Shown one piece after another: positions 26,301 through 36,600 of a stretch of DNA of 64,000 bases; position 1 is the stretch's first letter, and every line of letters begins with the position of its first letter. Source of the DNA: Chrysomallon squamiferum. Lineage: Eukaryota > Animalia > Mollusca. The stretch spans positions 20,460,001 to 20,524,000 of the forward strand of contig CM022667.1 in NCBI GenBank assembly GCA_012295275.1, in the 5' to 3' direction. The position numbers and the translations under genes are program-made. The notes under the pieces are model-generated. The model made no database searches. It saw nothing but the letters and a program-made list of their open reading frames with translations, and was not told where the DNA came from.

Positions 26301-29300
26301 TTATTAATCACAGCTTTGAAGAGTGAATAAGTGGTGCTTATAACATTGAAGTGTTTTAATTCATCTGTGTGTATGTATATATATAATCATTCATTCACCT
26401 TCTTCTTTTTTTAAATTTGATTGAAAACATAATGAAAACATTTAAAGTATTTCTTATGTATTATTTCAGTTTGAATTTTTTTTTTTTTAATCTCTCTTTA
26501 CACCCAATAGCCAATTTTATTTTAAATATATCTTTGATATGTTTTCTGCTGTGTGAATTTTTTAAATATCTGATGTATGCTTACAGTTGTTTCTTGCCCT
26601 GTCTGTGTGTGGGACATTCTGGTCTGGATATTTCTTTGCATTCCATCTTTTGAACATTGTCAATGGAAACCAGTTGCTAGGTGGTGTCATAAAGGCTGTC
26701 ACTCAAAATGGTGAGTGTTACAAAAACATCTCCATTTTGAATTTTTAGTTCATATATAACACTCAGTAATCATTTGTTACTGCAGTTAATTCCAACTAAA
26801 TTATTACATTATTGTTGTTGTTGTTATCAGTGTTGTTATTATTATTATTATTGTTATTATTCAGAAATGACTTTTTATATTTCTGTCTAATATTTTCAAA
26901 AATTTGCTATTCATATGAATTTTTATCTGTATTGTTATACTAAGAATAATTGTTGTAATAAAATGAATGAATTTTCATCACTTACAATTGAGAATGACAG
27001 TAAAATAATATGTTAAAAACATTTGAATATTGCTATTATACTTTTTACCACTGGTATCTTAATGACTTTGAGTACACACGGAATGACAGCTGCAATTTTA
27101 CTGATGTCTCTATGTGACACATTCGTGACAGCAGACTCCATGATATTTTTTGATATTTATTTTTATTATATTTACATTTTTATTATTTTACTTTGTTATT
27201 AATACTGGATGGTAAAAAAAATCAAGTAAAAAATAAGCTGCAAATATATAGAATATAGTTAGACTTGTTAAATATTTATTTTCCTGTCTCTGTTTGATTT
27301 GTAAATATTAATTTTTGTTTTATTCAGGCAAATCTCTGGTGTGGGTGGCAATTCTTGGTCTTGTTGTCTTCTACCTGTATGGCATCATTGGATTTGCTCT
27401 GATGAGGTCAATGTTCAAACCCGCAGATCTGCTGTACTGTGACACACTCTGGCAGTGTACAATTACAGTGATCAGATATGGTCTCATAGGAGATCTCTTT
27501 GAGGTGAGAGATTTTATTTGTACTTGAATTAAAATGGTTCCCTCTTGTAGGTAAATGTTATTGTAATAATTCTGCTGATTACTGATCTGTTATGAAACTA
27601 ATGAAGCTTAAATTGCAGGACCCTATCCAGGAGTGGCCTTAGAAGTGATTTTGGTCCACATTTCTTCAAATTTTAAATCTAAATCTGGTAAATATTTTGA
27701 AATATTTTTATATTGATCTGTCAGGGAAAAAGATAATAGTGGTTAATCAAATCTCATTGCTTCTTGCAAAGGCTCCCAAAGCTTCAGGCATCAGAAATGC
27801 AGGGCTGCACTGCTGATCTGGGGTTTTTTATTTTTATTTTATTTGGTTAATCTTCTTGTCCATTCATAGGATCAGGGTTTAACACTGGTTAAATTTAAAA
27901 TGTGGACCTATTAATAATGATGTTTCTCTTTTTTTCAGGATATGGTACCACATGATAATGAGGCAACATTTGAAAAGTTTGGATTTGTGGTCATCTATCA
28001 TGTCTCATTCTTCATTTTCATCACAACTATTGGACTGAACATCATCTTCGGTATTATTGTTGACACATTTTCTGAGCTTAGAGATCTCAAGGTAATGTAA
28101 ACAAATGTCTTTATTCTACCTTGTATATAGATTCACAAATCTGAGTATTTCATTCTAGTTTAACTAAAAATTGTGTTATTCAATAATTTCTGACTGCTTC
28201 ATCTCTGTCATTGTCAAATAATGTAATTTTACATTATGTTGGTAAGCTTAAACTATCAGCAAACTAGGTAATGCAAAATTTCTTAACTTCATTAATGAGT
28301 GAAGCAAAGAGCAATGGATAATTATAATCTTTCTGTTAAAATTATTTTGTTGTTATAAATTTTATTTAGATATTTGAGGCTATGTTTATTTAACTTCAAA
28401 ATCAATTAAAATTTTTTCAGAGTTTTATATATAAGTTTACTAATGTCACTGATATAAATTTTAATCTTCTAATCAGTGTTTATAAAGTAATTGTAGGAAT
28501 ATAGATAAAAAAAAAAAAAAAAAAATTATGTGATTTAAAAAGTTTGTTGTTTTAACAGTGGACAGCTGAGTCCGACATGAGGGACACATGTTTTATCTGC
28601 AGCAGAAACAGCTACGATTTTGAACATCACGGCAAAGTGAGTTCATATTTATAAATAGTACACTTTGTTTTTGTTGGTTTTTGTTTGCTGTTTCTTTTGT
28701 TGATGTTTTGTGTGTGAAACAATCAGTTATCATTAAAAACAAATTTAGTAATTGTGTGTCTGTTGCAGGGTTTTGATCATCATGTTCGATATGAACACAA
28801 CATGTGGGCCTACATCTTTTTCTTTATCCATCTAAACGGGACAAAGGCAAATGACTACACAGCGTTGGAGATGTTTGTTTATAAACTTGTAAGTGTTCAC
28901 AGACTAGGAAATGCTTTTAGTGAAAGTTGTTACCATGGTAAAGTGAGCTTCAAGATTACTCCTCATTGAGGTTTCCAGTCAGTGGTACTGCCTTGTATGT
29001 GACAGAGTACAACTGTGGGTTTCATCTCATCATTATACAAACAACCAATAAATACTCATTCATCTGTTATTTTAGAGAAATAATACATTCATTCACAGTT
29101 TATTTTTTTTGTTTATATCAGTAACATTACTAAACTTTTAAAATACTATTTGAGGTATTTTTATTTTTCTGTTAATATTTGAATAAAAATAATATTTCCA
29201 TATATTTCTATCACATAGAACATTTTTTTGATGTAAGTTGGGTGTATTATTATCTTGATGTTCTGAATTAATTAAAAAAAAATCTATTTTAGTTGAAAAA

Positions 29301-30559
29301 GGAAAACTATGATTTCTTTCCTCTCGATCGAGCGCTGTCTCTGGCTACAATGGGTAAAGATTCCACGGAGACAAAGCTGGATGATCTGCTGTATCAAGTG
29401 ACATCTATTGTAGAAAAACAGAAATTTGAGGTACTCTTCTTTCCATGCAGTTCATTTACTACATTAAAGTGACAATGATTCTAATCACATTTAAGTAATA
29501 GTAATTGCAATTGATTGCCTGTATATTTTCTGAGTAATTTATTTGTACATTTTTTTCAAAATGATAATAATGTAAACATTCAAGCCTGGATGATATCTAG
29601 TTACAGTGGTGATGATTTAATGTTACTTTTTGCAGGAGTTGGAGAAGAAACGTAGAGAAGAGAGACTCCGACAGAAAGTGTGGGAACAGAAACACAGACT
29701 GAGTTCTTTCAGACGTCGTGCCAACCTGCCAAAACCCTCGGATGGAGAGACAGTGATGCAGACTGGTCCAGTCGATGATCCACGACTTCTTCAGCTCACC
29801 ACACTGGGCATGGCGCAGCACCGCCCCAGCATCACAGACATGACTGACCTCGCTCTTCACAGACCCAGTTCGTCTGGACAGACTGATCTGGCTCTCAGAC
29901 GACCAAGCTCAGATCAGACAGAAACACTTCACATTAGACGTCCAAGCATCCCAGACCACCCAGACATGTACAGACGTCCAAGTTTTTCTGACCACAGTGA
30001 CATTTATCGAAGACCAAGTATTTCTGATCATGCAGCTTTTCTAGCCAGCCACAGACAGCCCAGTTCTCAGAGACATCAGCGAAACATAAGAAGCATCAGT
30101 CCACTTCACGATCCCAGACACATTCGAGGATCCAGTCCCTCTCGCTATGATCCAGATGAACCATTTGTTCGAAACCTAAGTCCAGTGCACTATGATGCAT
30201 CAAGACAAGGCAGTGAATCTGATTTGATGGGTCTGAGTCCAGTTCACATTCGCAGAGAGGTTCCATCTCGGGATTATGGAATGGGTCCAAGTATTCTTAG
30301 TCCAAGATGGCTGGACAGCAGATCAGCCAGTCCCAGCAGAAGTCCTAGAAGTTCTTCTGTGTTCTTCCCGGATTCAGAGTCGGTTCACAGCCTGAGAGAC
30401 TGCCCACCTGACAGGCTCATCCCTGACCCATATGCATACGATGTGTTGGAAGGCCCTGCATTGTTAATGGGAGACCAGGAAATACCAACACGAGAACATG
30501 ACGTTGATACAGAAAGTGGACACAGTGTTGATATCAGTCGCATGGAAACCAGAATATAA
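1285..30559 (+). CDS. Divergent inositol 1,4,5-trisphosphate receptor / ryanodine receptor superfamily Ca2+-release channel (ITPR-like), 5'-truncated by the window edge; 44 coding exons visible
   Basis: Phase-consistent GT-AG exon chain: 1285-1401, 3753-3903, 4082-4181, 4514-4568, 4966-5078, 5520-5619, 5861-5968, 6462-6598, 6917-6984, 7404-7459, 7688-7849, 8454-8692, 8890-8974, 9225-9412, 13757-13870, 14471-14642, 14993-15097, 15536-15607, 15928-16057, 16481-16619, 17036-17194, 17738-17894, 18130-18227, 18405-18507, 18974-19024, 19480-19704, 20033-20167, 20419-20568, 20822-20923, 21109-21192, 21611-21820, 22827-22932, 23400-23515, 24746-24915, 25265-25402, 25639-25800, 26047-26155, 26587-26710, 27328-27503, 27939-28091, 28559-28636, 28769-28888, 29293-29430, 29636-30559 (stop). 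Family motifs: LLDLLAACAEGEN (IP3R LVELLAVCTEGKN), RIH-associated MCDGQNKQLQDYLREQ, VIKAVTQNGKSL, S6 LNIIFGIIVDTFSELRD, zinc finger CFIC...HHVRYEHNMWAY, YDFFP. Too divergent to give a canonical ITPR symbol. Confidence 0.93.
1744..3752 (+). repeat. ~2-kb minisatellite, ~28-33-bp unit (TTTACTGATATAATGTTACAGTACTGAGTGATG), roughly 60 copies, ending at an exon acceptor
   Basis: Directly visible tandem array. The last unit supplies ...TTACTGATATAATGTTACAG|GTGTTG, the acceptor of exon 3753. Confidence 0.97.
11285..11338. repeat. (AAT)n microsatellite
   Basis: Directly visible. Confidence 0.95.
11445..11631. mobile_element. Possible decayed short MITE
   Basis: Ends GGGGAGACTGGGCTAA and TTACCCTTGTCTCCTC are imperfect inverted repeats. 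No clear TSD. Confidence 0.35.
11965..12003 (+). other. Candidate 39-nt cassette exon of the ITPR-like gene (G-VQKQKPAHDYWR-C)
   Basis: TTTTCTACCAG| ... ATG|GTAAAC. Length is a multiple of 3, it matches the phase-2 intron 9413-13756, has no stop, and has TGCATG 12 nt into the downstream intron. Confidence 0.55.
13926..14210. mobile_element. Older hAT-type MITE (285 bp)
   Basis: Imperfect TIRs CAGTTGCAGAACT / AGATCTGCCTCTG (10/13). 8-bp flanks CTTCTATC and CTTCTACC (7/8), consistent with a TSD. Confidence 0.65.
17179..17446 (+). repeat. 29-bp minisatellite, ~9 copies (AGACAAAAATCATGAAGTAYGTTTTTAAT), spanning an exon donor
   Basis: The first copy straddles the 3' end of exon 17036-17194 (GAA|GTACGT). 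Confidence 0.96.
18553..18778 (+). repeat. Displaced ~225-bp duplicate of 19316-19541 (intron 3' end, acceptor and first ~62 nt of exon 19480-19704)
   Basis: Near-identical sequence. Both copies have 164 nt from GTCYTTGTGATTTGTATCAG to TTTTATTAG|TCAAAGAAAATGGTTGTAGCTGCAAC. Confidence 0.93.
21795..22702 (+). repeat. ~65-79-bp composite minisatellite, ~12 copies of two unit types, spanning an exon donor
   Basis: Core CACTG|GTTTGTCCACTTTTATCTCATCACAGAACCAATACAGTAAAC. One unit type ends TTACTGGTTAAGATT; the other carries CAGGGGGTAGCATCCTCTCCT, a copy of the last ~26 nt of exon 21611-21820. Confidence 0.96.
23585..24610 (+). mobile_element. Decayed 5'-truncated RTE-clade non-LTR retrotransposon (3' part of reverse transcriptase), interrupted by a MITE
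   Basis: Broken translation reads LRIAGEYIS..LTDNILL (decayed FADD region), DKNQDK..MAGW|VFAKHCDIF, KVYNSCVLPAMTYTAET, KMERNMLNI, RRWKWAWAG, W..HMEPFAQ. These are typical RTE C-terminal motifs. Many stops and frameshifts. Confidence 0.85.
23883..24123. mobile_element. hAT-superfamily MITE (241 bp) nested in the RTE remnant
   Basis: TIRs CAGTGGTGTGCAGAGG / CCTCTGCATGCCACTG (14/16 match). Perfect 8-bp TSD GCTGGATG at 23875-23882 and 24124-24131. Internal direct repeat TGGCCCTGGGCATC. Confidence 0.9.
29636..30559 (+). CDS. Terminal exon of the ITPR-like gene: end of coiled coil plus a Ser/Arg/Pro-rich disordered tail
   Basis: Acceptor ttttgcag|GAG at 29635/29636, in phase 0 with exon 29293-29430. 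Open for 307 codons to TAA (ORF track 29630..30559). Confidence 0.88.
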   Translation, partial: ELEKKRREERLRQKVWEQKHRLSSFRRRANLPKPSDGETVMQTGPVDDPRLLQLTTLGMAQHRPSITDMTDLALHRPSSSGQTDLALRRPSSDQTETLHIRRPSIPDHPDMYRRPSFSDHSDIYRRPSISDHAAFLASHRQPSSQRHQRNIRSISPLHDPRHIRGSSPSRYDPDEPFVRNLSPVHYDASRQGSESDLMGLSPVHIRREVPSRDYGMGPSILSPRWLDSRSASPSRSPRSSSVFFPDSESVHSLRDCPPDRLIPDPYAYDVLEGPALLMGDQEIPTREHDVDTESGHSVDISRMETRI

Positions 30560-33500
30560 ATAATTCTTACAAAATATGTGACTGAAAATGTAATGGTTAT
30601 AACATCACCATAACTTCAATAATGCTCCTGAGTAACCGAGAAATTGCTTTGCTTTAAAAGAGTGCCAAGTTTTAACTGTTTATTCATTTGATGAGGTGAA
30701 AATAGCACAATATTGGTTTAACAAAATAAATATATAATTCACTAATTACTGAAGACGCAATGACATTCCTAAGGTTATTATGACTGAAAAGAAAATATTT
30801 CCCAAAGATAACTGTACAGATTACAATATATATTAGTTGTTTTACATACTACATCATGTTGTTTTTTTCTAAATAGTTTAAATCTGGTTGTTTTTGTTGA
30901 CACTGAAAACTTCCTTGAAATGTTTTTCAGAACATTTACCCCCCCTTTAAAAGTAAAATTTGAATGAAATAATTGTTAATTATATATGTATAAAGAAAAA
31001 TTTAAAATACCTTTGGACAGAATTATAATTTAACTGAAGACATGGAAGATATTTTAAAATGGTTTAAAAAAACTGAAGATACTTCATGTTGACAGTGTGT
31101 GTGCCTATGTTTGTTATACTTGTATTATGTGAAAATTCTGTTATACTTCAGAATGATTAGTCAATTTGTTCGGCAGCTATGGCCTACATAAACAATTACT
31201 AAGACCATGGTAATATAACCGTTTGTATTTTATCTTTGACAATAGATGGACTGTTGGAGCCACTTTAATTCTGTGTTTTTTCAGTAGAATAGCATTTTAA
31301 AATTAATATTTTATTCTATATAATGCATTCTTTTGCAATTTTAAGGTAGAATTTTTAGAACACTATCTTGATTAACTTTGTTTATTTTACTTTCTTGCTG
31401 AAACGGAGTTTTTTTAATTTTTATACCTAATTCATTCCATAGCTATGTAATTTAATTTATAATTTAAATATGAATTTGTTAGATTATTTAAATAACTTTG
31501 CATGTTGTACCCATTTAGCTGTATTTAGAAATATTTGATGAAGCATTTTTAGTTAGATGAATTCAAAATGCATTAACATTGTACTTTGAAAACATAAATG
31601 ACCAAAAGTTATCAGAACTGCTTTATCTAGTCTACACAGAAATTAAATAGTAAAATTAATATTTTACATTATCATATTGTATTAACTTATAAAAATAAAT
31701 GTACTTTTTACATTTAGAGTATTTATTCAAATAGATTTCATGTTATTAATTCTTACATATGTTGATTTAATAGAATTTTCAGCATTATTATATATACTTT
31801 GAATTCTTCCAGGTATAAAAACCCATTCCTTAATATAAAAGTTTTAGTTGTTTCTATAAAATCAAGATTCCAACAGCAAATGTGAATGACTGTTTGTCAT
31901 TTCAGTACATTTATTATTAACAATTACTGTCAAATGTGATTTTAGAAGTTTCAACACCAGAAGATAAAAAAATATAAAATAATAATAATAAATAAATATA
32001 TAAATAAATAAATAAACTTTGGAAATGAACTATTACTAATAGTATTAGATGTGAGGATGAGGCAAAGATAGCTAATATAAAGCAGATTTTTATCAACTTC
32101 AAATAACTGGTTTATCTTGGATCCATACTGACTGACTGCCTCTTATGCCAAAAATGAGTTAAAACTTACATGATTATCCATACATTAACATTTTCAGTAA
32201 GACAAAAATAAATACTAAAGATTAACCACAAATTACTTAATGAATATTTATCATAATAACAAAAAAGATCCCTAAGAAGCAGACATTGTAAATTGATTTA
32301 TTTCAGAAATATACAAGTACATTTGTATAGTACAATCAAGCAAATACAGTTTATTTGGCAGATGTCAGATTGTTTTCAGTATGGAGAAATAAAAAATAAT
32401 TATTTCAGTTTCTTGAATGTCTGGCTAGAATTATGCTTTAAGAAAAGTTGTGTGTGCTTTGACTGCTTTTAGATGCATGCAATTATGCCAGTTACTACCA
32501 GTACATGATTATTTCAAAGATGTCAAAATAATTTAAAAAAATAAAAATAATAATAAATAAAAATAAATAAATAAAAAATAAAGGTCATTTTATTTTTAAA
32601 ACAGTAGAAATAGCAAATTTTAAAAAGCAATATCAACAATCATATATGAAATGCAAACATTCAAACACTAAAATGTTCACCATATCAGTACCCACTGATA
32701 TTCTGTTACCAGGGAAAGATAAACTTCATTCACTGCAGCATTCAAACTCCCTTCTATACATATATATATATATATATTAATCTTATTCACTTTTTGAATG
32801 ACCATAGTAACATAATCTTCATTAAATTAGTTATTAAAATGTAATTCTATTTATTGTTTAAATAAAATTATTGTTCAGCTGACAGATGTTTACAGCATCG
32901 GTTCAACATAATGATTCATAAAACTGTACAGAAATAAATCTCAGATGTATGACAACTTAAAAGTTATTAATTATTCTCTAAAAATAAATCATGCACTCAA
33001 ATTCTGGCAGACCATGCAATACAAAAACATGGCAAAAAGAGAACATTTATTATCACAGTCAGTGATATTTATTTAAAACGAACTCAGAAAATGTGTACAA
33101 AATTCCTTCATGTACCAAAACCTACGGCTGTCACAGTATAAAAATGCTGACTGATTTCTCACCTGTATTTATTTAAGTCTTGTATGAGCCAGCCAATTAC
33201 TATATTATATTATTACATGCAGAAACAGTCATAAACTGGTAATAATAATATTTGTTTCAACTGTTAAATAATAGCTCACACTTACCAATAACAAAGGTGT
33301 ATGTCTTAGAAATGACACGTTTTTAAAACTGTTACATATTTATTATGACAGAAAATTGACAGATCATACTTAATGGGCTACTCTCTTGAGTGTTTTATAT
33401 ACAGGTGCTGGCTAGAACAGGATAACATGCAGTGCTGACCTTGTGACTGAACATGCAGTGCTCTAACTGCAGTCCCATTATATCTTTAGAGTAAGTGTTG

Positions 33501-33684
33501 ATTTAAATCATATTATGACTTTTAGAAAATAAAATTTATATAAAATATTTATGATGTCAAGTTTAAAATTGTTATCTATCCAATAAACTGTATTTATTAG
33601 ATCTTTTTTTTTTGTCCCAGTTTGTATCAATACAAACAACTATTATATTGTAAGGCATTCAGTTAGTTCCAGTTACAACAGTAC

Positions 33685-36600
33685 TCATCTATTGACACTG
33701 TGGCAAGTATTAAAATGTTCTCTGAGTGGCAGTTCTGACACAGACTGCAGTTCCTGCCACAGTTCTGTGTGACTATTGACAAGCAGAGTGATGCCAGCCT
33801 TGTAGACAGCAGGAATTGAAATGTGGGAAGTCAGCTGAGCTCGGTAGCCTGGAACATGAGTCATGTTGTGTTCACGTAACACATTTATCACCTGTCCTGT
33901 AACACAAGTAATCACAAGACAGTTTTAAATCTTCATTTTAGTAAGTTATCAAACAGCATTAACAACACCAACTCAAAAAAAGAAAAGAAAAGAAAAAAGC
34001 TACATAATCTTAACAGTAATTTTGGGTTATTTTTAATTTATTTTCAAAACGATGCTTTTCATGAACAATTTAACTTTGAATTCAAATAATTAATTGAAGA
34101 ATATCTAATGAAGTGATGACAAAGTATTTCACATCGACAGAACTATTAATAAAATACTAAATTCTAAAATTAAATGCAGTATGCAGTGTTTACAAATGCA
34201 TTTCTACTCTTTTTAAAACACAATTACAAATAAAACAGCATCAGATAAATACCTAGAACATTCATCGTGCGCCATCTGGGGTCTGGGTGTCTAAGAAAGT
34301 CACCGAGGTCAGTCGTGTCTCTGTGTCGATCTACAATGTCCTGACGTCTCACCAGCAACACAGACTTACTGACCAGCTGCTCCATAACCACCTCCTCGGG
34401 TACAGTTTCTAATGGATTGGTTAGGTACAGGCCTGAAATGAAGCACAGATTTTTTTTACTTAAATAATTAACTAGTTTTCAAGTAGAAGCTGTACTAGGA
34501 TCTCACTAGTCTTTCAGTTCTGTTACTATATTCCAAAACAAGAGAAAAGAACACTTTAAGAAAATAACTAACCTTTGGAACTGACACCATACACCATCTG
34601 GTGATGCCAAGCATCTGGAATTGTCCAGCCAGGTTTTACACCTTTCTGTAGGTTCAATGTTACAAAAGGCACAGCTCCTTTCAAAAAAATAAAATACTTC
34701 TTGATACATCAATAAAATGTCAAAAATTAAAATATTGTTACCTACAGAGTTGTTAGGGAAGTGAACAGAAAAGGGATAAATAGTTTAACAGGAAAATAAA
34801 TATTAACTAATTATTCATTAAGAAAATCTTTCCTGACGTTGCTCAGCATTCCAGTACTGATGCTATATATAGATGAAACTGCCTCACGATGTATTCAATC
34901 ATACAGATATAACAATCACAAAAAAGTAATCATACTAGCATAACTTAGATGCATTTATTACAATTTTATTTATTAATGGATTTTTATTTGTTGGTACAGA
35001 CAATAATATATTTTCAAAAATAATACACAACTGGTAAGTTGTTGACCTGGTTTGTTTTTGAATTAGCAAAAGAATCAGTCTAGGATTGTATGAATATGGA
35101 TGACATGAAGGTTCACCTTTTTTCATCCACTGGCCAAGCCACTGAAGAACACAAATGTCTCGAGATGGCCAAAAATGAAAAAACCTGCCACGAATTTTCC
35201 CATCAGTCAGAGATTCAATACCATGCAGCAAATCCTCAGCTGTTGTTCCTAAAAATACCACAATTTTAGATTTGTTATTTAATAACTGCTTTTGTTACAG
35301 AATAATTTATTTTTAAATATTAACAAATATCTAGTAATGATGTATTTCATAAACAATGATAATTCACAAAAGGAAATAATATATATATATATATATATTA
35401 ATACTAATAGCAATCGATTTTTTTATATTTATCTTTTATTGGGAAACAATGGCTATACATTGGTTTTATGCTATTATCTGTGATAAGAAAAACATACAAC
35501 AGAATCGTAGGGTCACCAAGTATTAAGCTGTACAACCAAGCTAAAGCTGAACCCTGCCTACATTAAATACTATGGATAAACATCCAGCAATTGTTTTTTA
35601 AAAGATGAATTATTTAAAATATGACTGCAGTTTTACAAAATCAACAAACACCAACCAGCAACAGCTCTGGAAAACAAGTACTGTGGGATGTGGGCTGACT
35701 CCTCACGCAGGTTGGTGTGTATTCTTTTACAGACTTCATCTTTGTCAACAGTGATGTCAAAAGCTCTCTGAAAATGTTTGAATGTTAAACTACAAATTAG
35801 AAACATTTTTCTTCCTCTTCCTTTAGTACACAGAAAGAAAACAACACTTGTTATACATTGCTTTCATGTGTATTTCAAACTGACTGTAACTGCTTACCAG
35901 TACATTAAGAACTGCTGTTGGACCACATGCAGATGTTCCAATTTGCTTCACCTGTAGTACATAAGCTTCATACTCTTTCCAAATCATCACCTTTTCAATA
36001 CCAGATTTGCCCCCGTTACTTGGACGTCGGTCTCTTCTACGCAAAGCAGACCTTTGATGAGACTGAAAAACACACATCATCCATCTCATGTTTAAATCTC
36101 TACCACAATATCTTTACACAGTCTTTAAACCCTTTCTTGCTCATTTGTGAAAAACTGCAGATAGTCATTATGTCCCTTTTTAAAGTAAAATGCATGAACA
36201 CATTTTGAGTTAACATACTTCCAGTGAATTTCAGTGAACATTTTATTAATTAACAAAATAAACTATTACTGTAATATTCAGTGATAAAAACAGATTATCT
36301 TATTTTACAACACTGTCAACAGTAACAAATAATTTGCCAATTAAAATATTTTAATTAATAAACTCTGTGAAGTGTACAGAGAAAAAAAATTCATGGATCA
36401 GTAAAAGCCAGTTGAAATGATGTTCTGTCTAAAATTTCATAAAATAAATTAGTTTATTCATAATTTCCATTTAATCTGAATCAGTTAAAGGATATTAAAA
36501 ACCAATATTTTAAAACTGTTTTATTACAATAATTACTTATTATTTTAATGGCTTCTTTTTAAAAAAAATTCTAGAAAGGGTACTTTTTTAAACATGTGAA

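Noticed and set aside
27610-27890. GC-richer intronic patch that may be a MITE (similar patches at 9960-10330 and 43810-44280)
   Set aside because: Could not identify convincing TIRs plus a TSD by eye.
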